Shown: piece after piece, positions 50,640-60,658 of the stretch
How the letters are laid out: each line of letters starts with the position of its first letter
How positions within the stretch are numbered: position 1 is the stretch's first letter
Source: Vulcanimicrobiota bacterium
GTDB lineage: Bacteria; Vulcanimicrobiota; Xenobia; Xenobiales; JADMJV01
Direction: 5' to 3'
Assembly (NCBI GenBank): GCA_050250895.1
Contig: JBFWNU010000008.1
Span: 128,001-192,000, forward strand
DNA length: 64,000 nt
The notes under the pieces: model-generated
Told to the model about the DNA's origin: nothing
Databases searched by the model: none
The model's input: only the letters and a program-made list of their open reading frames with translations
Made by a program: the position numbers and the translations under genes

Positions 50640-51776
50640 GTGATCTCTCTCGGACTACTGTTGCATGTCTACCAGCCTCCTGATCGCTTCGACGACTTAC
50701 TTCATCGCGTCGTGAGAGAATCGCATCGACCCCTGTTGAGGCTGCTGCAAGGTCGGCCCGATGCCCGCGTAAGTCTGAATCTCAACTGGTGCCTGACCGA
50801 GAAGTGGCTCGAGAAAGGCTTTGAAGATTGTGTCGAGAGCCTGGACAGCCTGCTGCGCTGGGAGCGGGTCGAGCTGACCGGGTCGGCCGCCTACCACCCT
50901 ATTCTCCCCTTGATTCCACGCCACGAGATTCGGCGCCAGATCTCCTACAACTCAGAGCGCCACCAAGAGGTTTTCTCGAACTGGAAGCCACAGGGGTTCT
51001 TTCCGCCCGAGCTGGCCTTTGGACACGAGCTGCCCCCGGTGCTGGTGGATCTGGGTTTCGAGTGGTGTCTGGCCGACGACATTCCCTACACTTGTCTGCA
51101 TGACGTGCCACCATTCGACTTCGTACCCGTTTGTGCCGATTTGCCGGTGTTGCTTCGGTCGAGCCTGTGGAGCAAGACCTTCGAGGCCTGTGCGCGTCAC
51201 GGCGCCGATGGCAAAGCGCTGGTTCGCAAGTTGGTCGAGGACCTCAATGGTTGGTTTGACGGCAAGGACGGTTACGTCATCATCGCCCTTGAGGCCGACG
51301 CGTTGGGAGAACATCGCTCAGGGTCGCTCGACCGCTGTCTGCTAGGCTTTCTTGACGAGTTGGCCAAGCAGTCCGACCAGATCCAACTGCGTCACGTGGG
51401 GGAGATCGCCAGCGAGTTTCCGCACCAGCCATCGGACATCCCCCCGGGGTCCTGGTCGACCACGGTCGAGGATTTCTGGGCCGGCGAGTTCTTCCCCCTC
51501 TGGCAGAGTCGCTATAACAATGCCCACAAGCTGCTCTGGGAACTCACCGATCTGGCGGTGTCGAGCGTGGCTCGGCTCCAGACCAAGCTTGATCGCAGCC
51601 TCAACTCCGGCACTTTCTGGTGGGCCACCCGCGAAACGGGCGAGCTACCGGCCAGCACCTCGCGTGGCATGAAAATGCTGCTCGACGTCATCGCCACTGC
51701 CGCTCCCGACAACATGAACAGGGCTCTGGACCTGATGGCGCAGCTCGATACCCTCTTCGAAGATCAGGCCTCTTGA
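50640..51776 (+). CDS. Glycoside hydrolase family 57-like protein
   Basis: LHVYQP, ELTGSAAYHPILPLIP, GFFPPELA, GSW; GTG start at 50640 inferred. Confidence 0.75.
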   Translation: MISLGLLLHVYQPPDRFDDLLHRVVRESHRPLLRLLQGRPDARVSLNLNWCLTEKWLEKGFEDCVESLDSLLRWERVELTGSAAYHPILPLIPRHEIRRQISYNSERHQEVFSNWKPQGFFPPELAFGHELPPVLVDLGFEWCLADDIPYTCLHDVPPFDFVPVCADLPVLLRSSLWSKTFEACARHGADGKALVRKLVEDLNGWFDGKDGYVIIALEADALGEHRSGSLDRCLLGFLDELAKQSDQIQLRHVGEIASEFPHQPSDIPPGSWSTTVEDFWAGEFFPLWQSRYNNAHKLLWELTDLAVSSVARLQTKLDRSLNSGTFWWATRETGELPASTSRGMKMLLDVIATAAPDNMNRALDLMAQLDTLFEDQAS

Positions 51777-51785
51777 GGGTCGAAT

Positions 51786-51814
51786 TTGACCCGTATTACC
51801 GATTATGATAGAAT
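51786..51814 (+). promoter_or_regulatory. sigma70 promoter P1 of rpoB
   Basis: TTGACC-17 nt-TAGAAT with extended -10 TG. Confidence 0.65.
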
Positions 51815-51844
51815 AGAGGTCTCCGAAGACGTTCTGTCATCCTA

Positions 51845-51873
51845 TTGACACGCTTTCCCCCATTCGCTAGAAT
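51845..51873 (+). promoter_or_regulatory. sigma70 promoter P2 of rpoB
   Basis: TTGACA-17 nt-TAGAAT. Confidence 0.75.
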
Positions 51874-52096
51874 GTCATTTACGTTTAAACGTGGCGTATC
51901 ATGCGCTGCTGCATAACTAAGAACGCTCTTCGTTGCTCACCAACTCAGTTAGATAAGCTAAGATCGCAAAGCCGGTTGAATTTTGTATCCGTGCTTTGCT
52001 TATTCGCGTTTTAAGGGGGGTCTCAGGTGGGTAAGAAGGCATTCGCTATCGTTGCGTGAGTTAGGCTTTTTAAGGTTTTAGGAGGAAAACAGCTCC

Positions 52097-55000
52097 ATGT
52101 CGATGCTCCGACAAGTCAACCCCGAGACTGGACGAATCTCGTTTCAAAAGATTCCCAAAGTCCTCGATCTTCCGTATCTGATCGACCTCCAGCGGTCCAG
52201 CTACGAAGAATTCCTGGCCGAAGGCATTCATGAGACCTTCCAGGATATTTCGCCGGTCGAAGATTTCACCGGCAATCTGGTGCTGGAATTTCTCGAGCAC
52301 ACCCTCGAGGCTCCCACTTATACGGTGGAGGAGTGTCGTGACCGCGACGCCACCTATGCCCGTCCGCTTAAGGTGAGGGTCCGCCTGATCACCAAAGAGG
52401 GCGGCGAGATCAAAGAGGTCAAAGAGCAAGACATCTTTATGGGCGATTTCCCCTGCATGACCGAAAAGGGGACGTTCGTCATCAACGGCGCCGAGCGCGT
52501 CATCGTCAGCCAGTTGGTGCGTTCGCCGGGTATCTACTTCGATCAAGAGATCGATCTGACCGGTAAGAAGAGCTACAGCGCAACCCTCATCCCTAACCGG
52601 GGTGCCTGGCTCGAGTTTGTCACCACCACGGACGACATCATCAACGTGAGCATCGACAAAGCCAGAAAACTCCCGGCCACCGTGCTGTTGCGGGCCATCG
52701 GCTTTGGCACCGACGACGAGATCAGAGCCCTCTTCAATAACGAGGCCATGCTCGAGCCGACGCTCGAAAAAGATCCCTCGACCAGCACCGAAGAGGCCCT
52801 CATCGAGATCTATCGCAAGCAGCGTCCGGGCGACCCGCCTTCGGTCGAGAGCGCCAGCGCTCTCTTGACCAACCTGTTCTTCTCGTCCAAGCGCTACAAC
52901 CTGGCCAAGGTCGGCCGCTACAAGCTGTCGCGCAAACTCGGCCAGATGGTGGTCTGCGAAGAGACCGGCGTGATCGTCAAGCCGGGCACCATTCAGGACC
53001 CCGAGTCGGGGGCGGTCATTCGCTATCCCCAGACGCTGGCCAAAGAAGACCTGGTGGCCACCGTCCGCTTCTTGCTGGCGCTGATGAAGCAGCAAGCTCT
53101 GGAGCGGCCTCCCGAGGGGTATAACCCCGAAGGCGGCATCGAGCTCTTCGAAGAGCGCGGCCTCACCTTCCTTAAGCCTATCGACGACCTGCACTACCCG
53201 GTGCCGGTTCGGGTCGACGACATCGACCATCTTGGCAACCGTCGTATCCGGGCGGTGGGCGAACTCTTGCGCAATCAATTCCGGGTCGGCCTGCTGCGAC
53301 TCGAGCGGGTGGTTCGCGAGCGTATGACGGTGCAAGACCTCGAGACGGTAACCCCCCAGGCGCTGATCAACATTCGCCCGGTGGTAGCTGCCATCAAAGA
53401 GTTCTTCGGGTCGAGCCAACTGTCCCAGTTCATGGACCAGACCAACTCGCTGGCCGAGTTGACCCACAAGCGTCGCTTGTCGGCGCTGGGCCCCGGTGGT
53501 CTGTCGCGCGAGCGCGCGGGCTTTGAGGTCCGCGACGTGCACTACAGTCACTACGGCCGCATCTGTCCGATTGAAACCCCTGAGGGTCCGAACATCGGTC
53601 TGATCGGTTCGCTGGCGACCTATTCGCGCGTGAACCACTTCGGCTTCATGGAGACCCCTTATCGCCGGGTCGAGCTGCGCGCGACCGATGTCATCAAGAA
53701 CAAGAAGGGCAAACAGCTCTACAAGACCGGTGACATCGTACCGCGAGCCGAGGTCGCCGAACTGCAACTGCAGGGTGTCGACACTCCGGTCATCGTGCAG
53801 GTGACCGACCAGATCGACTATCTCTCGGCCGACGAAGAAGACGGTTACGTCATCGCTCAGGCCAATACCCGCCTCGACGAGCGTTGGAGAATGACCGACG
53901 AGCGCGTGGTGGTGCGGGCCAAGCACGAGACCCAGATCGTGCCCCGTGAGATGGTCGACTACATGGATATCTCGCCCAAGCAGATCGTGTCGGTGGCGAC
54001 GGCTCTCATCCCGTTCCTCGAGCACGACGACGCCAACCGCGCCTTGATGGGAGCGAACATGCAGCGTCAAGCCGTGCCGTTGGTCCAGCCCGAGGCTCCC
54101 TTCGTGGGCACCGGGGTGGAATACCGCGCCGCCAAAGACTCGGGCGCCCTGCTGGTGTCTAAAGTCGACGGCGTGATCAGTTCGGTTTCGGCCGACGAGA
54201 TCAAGCTCAAGTCAGACGAGGGCAAGAACATCACCCACGTCCTGCACAAGTTCAAGCGTTCCAATGCCGGTACCTGCATCAACCAGCGTCCGGCCGTGTT
54301 CCCCGGTCAGCGCATCGAGGAAGGCACGGTGCTGGCTGACGGCGCATCGTCGGTCAACGGCGAGCTGGCTCTGGGCCGCAATGTGCTGGTCGCCTTTATG
54401 CCCTGGGAGGGTTACAACTACGAGGACGCCATCCTGATCTCGGAAGAGCTCGTGCGCGACGACGTCTTTACCTCGATTCACATCGAGGAATACGAGTGTG
54501 AGGCTCGCGACACCAAGCTGGGTGCCGAAGAGATCACGCGTGACATTCCTAACGTCGGCGAGGAGGCCCTCAAAGACCTCGACGAGCGCGGCATCATCCG
54601 CATCGGCGCCGAGGTTCGCACCGAGGACATCCTGGTTGGCAAAGTGACTCCGAAGGGCGAAACCGAGCTGACCGCCGAAGAGCGCCTGCTGCGGGCTATC
54701 TTCGGTGAGAAAGCTCGCGACGTTCGCGACACCTCGCTCAAGGTGCCTCACGGTGGCAAAGGCAAGGTGATCGACGTCAAAGTGTTCTCGCGCGAGAACA
54801 CGGACGAACTCTCGCCCGGCGTCAACCAGTTGGTGCGCGTCTATGTGGCCCAGAAGAGAAAGATTCTTCAGGGCGACAAGATGGCCGGCCGACACGGCAA
54901 CAAGGGTGTGATCGCGAAGGTCCTACCCATCACGGATATGCCGTATCTGCCCGACGGGACTCCGGTTCAGATCGTGCTCAACCCGCTGGGCGTGCCCTCG

Positions 55001-56059
55001 CGTATGAACATCGGTCAGATCCTCGAGACCCACCTGGGTGCGGCCGCCAGCCGTCTCATCGGTCCCGATGGCAAGAAGATGCGGGTCGAATGTCCCGTGT
55101 TCGACTCGGCCAAAGAGCCCGAGATCGACGAACTGATGAAGCTGGCCAACCTGCGCCATAGCCTCAGCCTGAAAGGCTTCGAGTTCTCGACCAACGAGAT
55201 CGACTACATCCTCTCGGAAGAGACCGTCGAAGACCGAGTGCTCTACTTCCTCAACAGCTTCGACGATGTCGTCATCACCCGCGCCGAGGTGGCCGAGATG
55301 GTGGCCGAAGGTCCAGCCAACAAGTTGGATGCTCGAGTCAAGAAGTTCCTCAAAGCCGAGCTCGATGGCAGCGATGCCGAGATGCCCGACGATGACGAGA
55401 TCGCCGAGATCGTCACTGAGGCCGACATGGTGGCCCGCATCAAGAAGGTTACCGCGCGCCACCCGCAGCGGCCCGACGATGCGACCTGCGAGAAGCTGGC
55501 CAAATATGTGCAGGCTTATCGCACCATCCCTTCCGACTACAAGAACGTGCTCTTCGATGGCCGCACGGGCGAACCTTACGACCGTCGTATCACGGTGGGT
55601 CAGATCTATATGTTGAAGCTGGCCCACCTGGTCGATGACAAGATTCACGCACGCTCGACCGGTCCCTACAGTCTCATCACCCAGCAGCCGTTGGGCGGTA
55701 AGGCTCAGTTCGGCGGTCAGCGTTTCGGAGAGATGGAAGTCTGGGCCCTCGAGGCCTACGGCGCCGCCTATACGCTGCAAGAGCTGTTGACCGTCAAGTC
55801 CGACGATGTCATCGGTCGTGTCAAGACCTACGAAGCCATCGTCAAGGGCGAGAACGTGCTCGAGCCCGGTGTGCCCGAGTCGTTCAAAGTGCTCATCAAA
55901 GAGCTGCAGAGCCTGTGTCTCGATGTCAAGGTCAAGTCGTTCGACCGGACCGGTGATCTACGCGAAGTGGAGATCAAGGCGGTGGAGGAATCCGACGTCA
56001 AGACCACCGCTCGCGAGCTGGGCCTCGATCTCAGCCAGGAAGCTCTCAGCAGCCTGTAA
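52097..56059 (+). CDS. rpoB: DNA-directed RNA polymerase beta subunit
   Basis: [66 protein letters not shown]; AGGAGG RBS. Confidence 0.99.
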   Translation: MSMLRQVNPETGRISFQKIPKVLDLPYLIDLQRSSYEEFLAEGIHETFQDISPVEDFTGNLVLEFLEHTLEAPTYTVEECRDRDATYARPLKVRVRLITKEGGEIKEVKEQDIFMGDFPCMTEKGTFVINGAERVIVSQLVRSPGIYFDQEIDLTGKKSYSATLIPNRGAWLEFVTTTDDIINVSIDKARKLPATVLLRAIGFGTDDEIRALFNNEAMLEPTLEKDPSTSTEEALIEIYRKQRPGDPPSVESASALLTNLFFSSKRYNLAKVGRYKLSRKLGQMVVCEETGVIVKPGTIQDPESGAVIRYPQTLAKEDLVATVRFLLALMKQQALERPPEGYNPEGGIELFEERGLTFLKPIDDLHYPVPVRVDDIDHLGNRRIRAVGELLRNQFRVGLLRLERVVRERMTVQDLETVTPQALINIRPVVAAIKEFFGSSQLSQFMDQTNSLAELTHKRRLSALGPGGLSRERAGFEVRDVHYSHYGRICPIETPEGPNIGLIGSLATYSRVNHFGFMETPYRRVELRATDVIKNKKGKQLYKTGDIVPRAEVAELQLQGVDTPVIVQVTDQIDYLSADEEDGYVIAQANTRLDERWRMTDERVVVRAKHETQIVPREMVDYMDISPKQIVSVATALIPFLEHDDANRALMGANMQRQAVPLVQPEAPFVGTGVEYRAAKDSGALLVSKVDGVISSVSADEIKLKSDEGKNITHVLHKFKRSNAGTCINQRPAVFPGQRIEEGTVLADGASSVNGELALGRNVLVAFMPWEGYNYEDAILISEELVRDDVFTSIHIEEYECEARDTKLGAEEITRDIPNVGEEALKDLDERGIIRIGAEVRTEDILVGKVTPKGETELTAEERLLRAIFGEKARDVRDTSLKVPHGGKGKVIDVKVFSRENTDELSPGVNQLVRVYVAQKRKILQGDKMAGRHGNKGVIAKVLPITDMPYLPDGTPVQIVLNPLGVPSRMNIGQILETHLGAAASRLIGPDGKKMRVECPVFDSAKEPEIDELMKLANLRHSLSLKGFEFSTNEIDYILSEETVEDRVLYFLNSFDDVVITRAEVAEMVAEGPANKLDARVKKFLKAELDGSDAEMPDDDEIAEIVTEADMVARIKKVTARHPQRPDDATCEKLAKYVQAYRTIPSDYKNVLFDGRTGEPYDRRITVGQIYMLKLAHLVDDKIHARSTGPYSLITQQPLGGKAQFGGQRFGEMEVWALEAYGAAYTLQELLTVKSDDVIGRVKTYEAIVKGENVLEPGVPESFKVLIKELQSLCLDVKVKSFDRTGDLREVEIKAVEESDVKTTARELGLDLSQEALSSL

Positions 56060-56080
56060 GAGAGATTTGGTCGCCAAATG

Positions 56081-56111
56081 GGAGCCAGTTTACAAAACTG
56101 GCTCCTTTTTT
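56081..56111 (+). terminator. Rho-independent terminator after rpoB
   Basis: Perfect 11-bp stem GGAGCCAGTTT-ACA-AAACTGGCTCC followed by T6. Confidence 0.9.
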
Positions 56112-56190
56112 CATGCTTTGGCAACATGATTAACATTCTGTTTACTGAGTTTTCGCACCCATCCGGGTCTGGAGCCGCTACAATGGAAAG

Positions 56191-56424
56191 GTGGTTACGT
56201 ATGGTCAGAAGCAGCCTATTCGCCGTGTCTTTAACGACACCAACCCGGCCGTAAAGGCCCCTGGACTCAACACGATTGACGGGGCCTATCTGCATGAGGT
56301 GCGCCGGCTGCGCCTGCGCCGTCGGTTTGCTTTGCTCGAAGGCGACCGCGTCGACCAGCTCTATGCCACCACTCGCAATACCGAAAGCTGGAGCCGGGTC
56401 GTCCAGCACCTGACGGCGGGCTAG
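56191..56424 (+). CDS. Small hypothetical protein, probably leaderless
   Basis: 77-aa ORF; TACAAT 6 nt upstream of GTG. Confidence 0.5.
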   Translation: MVTYGQKQPIRRVFNDTNPAVKAPGLNTIDGAYLHEVRRLRLRRRFALLEGDRVDQLYATTRNTESWSRVVQHLTAG

Positions 56425-56490
56425 TCCAGCAGGGGAAGCGGTCTGCGGAAGGAACCTTCTGGTCTATTCGCCTTTGAAGGAGTTCGCCCC

Positions 56491-56757
56491 ATGGGTAGAG
56501 CGCTGGGATTGATCGAAACGATCGGGTTCGTTACTGCCGTCGAGGCCGCCGACGCGGCCCACAAAGCCGCCCATGTCCACATGATCCGCAAGTACGAGAA
56601 TGCTGAAGCGGGTCTCATCACCATTCAGCTCCGCGGTGAACTGGCCGCCGTTCAGGCCGCGGTTGACGCTGGCGCCCAGGCCGCCCGGCGCATCGGCCAA
56701 CTGGTTTCGGCGCTCGTCATACCCAACCCCGACGACGATCTGGACGAATTCTTCTAA
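56491..56757 (+). CDS. BMC-H microcompartment shell protein
   Basis: ALGLIET.G...AVEAADAAHKAA.V, RGELAAVQAAVDAG, VIPNP; GAAGGAG RBS. Confidence 0.9.
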   Translation: MGRALGLIETIGFVTAVEAADAAHKAAHVHMIRKYENAEAGLITIQLRGELAAVQAAVDAGAQAARRIGQLVSALVIPNPDDDLDEFF

Positions 56758-56933
56758 ACTGCCGCGCCTGGTTAGAGGCACGAATTACGGGGGCGAGGGA
56801 TGGACCGCTGCCGTAAACGTGCAGAGATTGTGCGTGCCTTCTTTAACTGCATCCTTTGGGATGCCCGCTCGGAATTCTAACGATCCACCTGCCGCGACTC
56901 AGCCACCCCTAGGATGAACTAGGAGGTCCGCCT

Positions 56934-58349
56934 ATGAGTCTCTTTTTTAAACAGTTCCGACGTCCCGGTCTGGCCCAACTCGCCTATCTCGTGGGTGACA
57001 AAAGCAAGGGATTGGCCGCTATTGTCGATCCATGCCGGGATGTGAGGGACTATCTCGAAACCGCCCGCCAGGCCGGTCTTCGCATAACTCACGCCATCGA
57101 GACACATATCCACGCGGATTTCGTGTCCGGAACCCGCGAAGTGCGTGAGGCCGTCGGCGCCCGGGTGGTCGGGGGCAAGAGTGATGACTATTCTTTCGAG
57201 CTTGACCAATTCAGCGAAGGGGACGCGATCGAACTGGGCGGAGTGCGCCTGCAAGCCATCCATACGCCGGGGCACACTCCCGAGCATCTCTCCTACCTGC
57301 TGTTCGACCGTAGTCAGGGAGACGAGCCGATCGCCGTCTTCACCGGGGACACTCTCTTTAATCTCGATGTCGGGCGCCCTGATCTGGTCGGCGACGATGG
57401 GGGAGTCGAAAACGCCCGGGCTCTCTACGGCTCGCTTTTCGATAAGTTGCTGCCGCTGGGGGACCGAGTCGAAGTCTATCCCGGGCACGGCGCAGGCTCG
57501 GCCTGTGGCAAGTCGATCGGGGGCAGAGACCAGACGACCATCGGCACCGAGCGACGATTTAACGAGGCTTTGAAAGAGCGGAGTCGAGCCGACTTTGTAG
57601 AGTGGCTGACCGCCGATCTTCCCGAGCCGCCCAGCCACTATCGCCGTCTCAAGAAGGTGAACGCGGCGGGAGCGGCCCTGGCAGGCCCCTGTCCGGCGGC
57701 CCCTCAGCCTCTTACCCCCGAAGAGTTCCAGGCCCTGATGAGGCAGGAGGGAACGGTCATTCTCGACACGCGCTCGATGCTGGCTTTTGGGGGTGGACAC
57801 ATCCCCGCAGCCCTGAATATTCCGTTGTTGCCGCAATTCGTCAGCTGGGCGGGCCAGATGATCGACCCCCAGAGCAAGCTTTTGCTGGTGGTAGAGAACG
57901 TGCGCGACCTGTTGACGCTTCGGGAGCACCTCTTCCGCATCGGCCTCGACAACCTGGCCGGCTATCTGCACGGCGGGATGGCTTCATGGCAGGAGCAGGC
58001 TCGGCCGCTGGCCTCGGTAGAGCAGTGGACGGTCCAGGAACTGGACCGTCGTCGCCAGGAGAGCATTACCATTCTCGACGTTCGCTCTCCTCAGGAGTGG
58101 CATCACGGAAGGATCCCCGGGGCGGTTCATCAGTTCATCGCGCATCTGGAAGAGAATCTCGACGTTTTGGAGCGAGCCCGGCCGATTGCGGTCTATTGCG
58201 GCACCGGCTACCGTGCCTCGATCGGTGCGAGTATCCTCAAGCGAAATGGATTTGACCGCGTGATCAACATTCCCGGCTCCTGGAAGGCCTGGCGTGCGGC
58301 CGACCTGCCTGTCGAGTCGCGGGAGCGCAAGCTAACCGGCAAGAAATAG
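56934..58349 (+). CDS. MBL-fold persulfide dioxygenase fused to rhodanese domains (CstB/Blh-like)
   Basis: ETHIHADF, HTPGHTPEH, TGDTLF..DVGRPDL, YPGHGAGSACG; two rhodanese domains, the second with YCGTGYRA. Confidence 0.9.
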   Translation: MSLFFKQFRRPGLAQLAYLVGDKSKGLAAIVDPCRDVRDYLETARQAGLRITHAIETHIHADFVSGTREVREAVGARVVGGKSDDYSFELDQFSEGDAIELGGVRLQAIHTPGHTPEHLSYLLFDRSQGDEPIAVFTGDTLFNLDVGRPDLVGDDGGVENARALYGSLFDKLLPLGDRVEVYPGHGAGSACGKSIGGRDQTTIGTERRFNEALKERSRADFVEWLTADLPEPPSHYRRLKKVNAAGAALAGPCPAAPQPLTPEEFQALMRQEGTVILDTRSMLAFGGGHIPAALNIPLLPQFVSWAGQMIDPQSKLLLVVENVRDLLTLREHLFRIGLDNLAGYLHGGMASWQEQARPLASVEQWTVQELDRRRQESITILDVRSPQEWHHGRIPGAVHQFIAHLEENLDVLERARPIAVYCGTGYRASIGASILKRNGFDRVINIPGSWKAWRAADLPVESRERKLTGKK

Positions 58350-58352
58350 GAG

Positions 58353-58841
58353 GTGTGTTTGGCACTTACATCCCAGCCCTGGCCGTGGTGGTTTTCTGGA
58401 ATTGTCCTGGGGCTAATCGTCCCCCTGCTTTATCTCTTCGGGGGCAAGTGGTTCGGCATTTCGACCAGCTTTCAGCAACTGGGCGCCCTCTGCTCACCCC
58501 ACAGCCAACTCGAATATTTCAAGAATCACGATCGAAGCAAGCACATGTGGACCCTGGTCTTCGTAGGGGGTATCGTCTTCGGCTCGTTTCTGGCCAACAG
58601 CCAACTGATTTCTCCGCCGCTGCAGCTGTTGCCACCGGGCGCGGCCACCTGGGCGGGTGGGTGCAAGCTTTTGACGGGCGGCTTCCTGGTGGGATTTGGT
58701 GCTCGCTATGCGGGTGGATGTACCTCGGGACATTCGATCACGGGTATCGCTAACCTGAACGCCCCCAGTCTGCTGGCGACCTGTTGTTTTTTTGCGGGCG
58801 GATTAGCGGTGACCTGGCTGACCGGTTGGGTGGGTTTCTGA
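58353..58841 (+). CDS. YeeE/YedE sulfur-transport family protein
   Basis: GGFLVGFGARYAGGCTSGHSITG. Confidence 0.88.
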   Translation: MCLALTSQPWPWWFSGIVLGLIVPLLYLFGGKWFGISTSFQQLGALCSPHSQLEYFKNHDRSKHMWTLVFVGGIVFGSFLANSQLISPPLQLLPPGAATWAGGCKLLTGGFLVGFGARYAGGCTSGHSITGIANLNAPSLLATCCFFAGGLAVTWLTGWVGF

Positions 58842-59275
58842 TGGCTCGACCAAAAGAACATTTCCTCAGCCTGGTCAACATCTTTTCCTCAGGGGCGCTG
58901 CTCGGGATTGTCTTTCTGAAGTCCGAGGTGGCCAACTGGCAGCGCATCCACGACATGTTCCTCTTTCGCGAGCCCAGGATGTTTCTGATCATCGGCACTG
59001 CGATTCTGGTCGCCATGGCCACGATCCGGCTGGCCCAACGATGGGACCTCAGGAATCTTGAGGGGCGACGGATAGAATACAAGCCCAAGCCCTTCCAACT
59101 CGGAGTCGTCTTCGGTGGACTACTGTTCGGAGCCGGCTGGGCTCTCACCGGAGCCTGTCCTGGACCGATCTACGCCCAGATCGGGTCCGGTGAGCCGATG
59201 GCTCTGGCGACCTTTGCGGGTGCCATGCTCGGGGTTTATACCTACGCCTGGCTCAAGCCCAGATTGCCCCAGTGA
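58841..59275 (+). CDS. YeeE/YedE partner membrane protein
   Basis: GGLLFGAGWALTGACPGP; start overlaps the upstream stop (TGATG). Confidence 0.85.
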   Translation: MARPKEHFLSLVNIFSSGALLGIVFLKSEVANWQRIHDMFLFREPRMFLIIGTAILVAMATIRLAQRWDLRNLEGRRIEYKPKPFQLGVVFGGLLFGAGWALTGACPGPIYAQIGSGEPMALATFAGAMLGVYTYAWLKPRLPQ

Positions 59276-59432
59276 ACCGACTTCGAGAAGATGTTGCTAA
59301 ATCCTAAACGCGAGTCAACAGTTTTGTAACATGACGTTTACGTTCTGTTTACAAACTCGCTTCGCCAGACAACTCACCTCCAAGTGGGTCATGACATACT
59401 ATGGATGTCAGACGACAGGAGGTAGCCAGGTC

Positions 59433-59805
59433 AATGGTTCGATGGAAGAGTCACAGCAACCAGCAAGATCGCCGCTCACGTTATCGAGTGCGGGTTGACC
59501 TGGCCGCCTGGTATCGCGATCAGGGCGGGTCCTTTAAGCGACTGCGCCTGGCCGACCTCGGCAGTGATGGGGCCCAGGTAGCCGCCGCCGACCAGCTCGA
59601 AGTCGGCTCGAACATCGACGTAACCGTTCGCCTCGAAGGCGGCCGCTATCTCTCGCTTCGTGGCGTGGTTCGGTGGCAGGGTTGGCCGGTAGCCGGTATC
59701 CAGTTCGAGCAGACTCCCGACGCCGAGCGCCTGGGCAACTGGCTACGCTGCTCGCCGCGGGCGGCCATGGCCGACGAAAGCCGTCGCCTCGCCCGCCTGG
59801 CTTAG
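59433..59805 (+). CDS. PilZ-domain protein
   Basis: DRRSRYR, DLGSDG, GVVRW, GIQF; AGGAGG RBS; start approximate. Confidence 0.7.
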
Positions 59806-59941
59806 GGCCTGGCAGGAAATAACTCGTGCCTTCGGGGCGCCGATCCATCCCCTGTGGCTGCGTTGCGCTTCCCTTACATATTGCCCTATGCGCGGTCAGA
59901 CGCGCCTTGCCACAGGGGCGCCTCGACACCCGGACAGACCC
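59805..59941. mobile_element. Putative 137-bp MITE
   Basis: Imperfect terminal inverted repeats GGGCCTGGC / GACAGACCC, TTA on both flanks, internal perfect IR CCCCTGTGGC (59849-59858) / GCCACAGGGG (59909-59918). Confidence 0.55.
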
Positions 59942-60418
59942 TTAGGCCTTCAAGGCAGCCAGGACCTCGTTGAAAATCCGCATCTGGCTGCAGCGGGCGC
60001 CGGCCATGGCTCCCCCTACCTGATGGGTGCTCTCGGTTTCGTAGGCTAGCCGCATTTTGTAGAGCGTGCTCAACTCGTCTTTTAGCTGCCGGTCGTATTC
60101 TCCCACCGCCTGGCGCAGGGGCTCCGGTTTGAATTCTAGAGTGGTGGCGTTGTAATTCTTACTGGCCAGGTCATAGATTCGATCGTGGGCGGCCCGCAAC
60201 TCGACCGGGCGTGCACTGCCATCGAGCACGTGGTTCATGGCTTCCTGATTCTTCAGCCAGGCAGGCTTTTGAGGCAAGGGAATGACGGCGTTGGGCAGGT
60301 GCATCAGCCAGCGGCCGTCCGGGGCTTCGGTGATCTCATAGTCGGGTCGAAAGCGGGTTTCGGGCGGGGCCACGGCGCGAGCCACCGGCACGGGCGTGAA
60401 GAGTGAACGGACGAGCAT
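59942..60418 (-). CDS. Hypothetical protein, probably leaderless
   Basis: 158-aa ORF; TAGACT 6 nt upstream of ATG. Confidence 0.6.
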   Translation of the reverse strand: MLVRSLFTPVPVARAVAPPETRFRPDYEITEAPDGRWLMHLPNAVIPLPQKPAWLKNQEAMNHVLDGSARPVELRAAHDRIYDLASKNYNATTLEFKPEPLRQAVGEYDRQLKDELSTLYKMRLAYETESTHQVGGAMAGARCSQMRIFNEVLAALKA

Positions 60419-60658
60419 GAGGCCAGTCTAGAAGCCCGCTCTGAAACTAGACTGAACAGCGCGCGCGAAGGTTGGCCACTCGTCGGTCAAGGGATTTTCC
60501 AGGCCGGCTGGCTAGGCTAGTGGTGAGGTCAGTGCGTCGGACTGGAACTGTTAACAAATTTCAGCCTCAGCTGAGAACTAGAATAGCAACCTGGTTTAGA
60601 CTGCTTCCAGGGGTTGGCCGATCACGGCTGCACTACCTAGTATGATCGAGGAGTCGGA

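Noticed and set aside
52070-55780. Long antisense ORFs inside rpoB (also inside aceB, gcvP, purH and the DUF4139 gene)
   Set aside because: Shadow ORFs expected from high-GC codon bias opposite conserved genes.
59314-59325. 12-mer GTCAACAGTTTT shared with 34466-34477
   Set aside because: Only two occurrences noticed; explicable as a reverse -35-like sequence or chance.
60596-60624. sigma28-like promoter TAGA...GCCGATCA
   Set aside because: Spacing is 16 rather than 15 and both boxes are imperfect.
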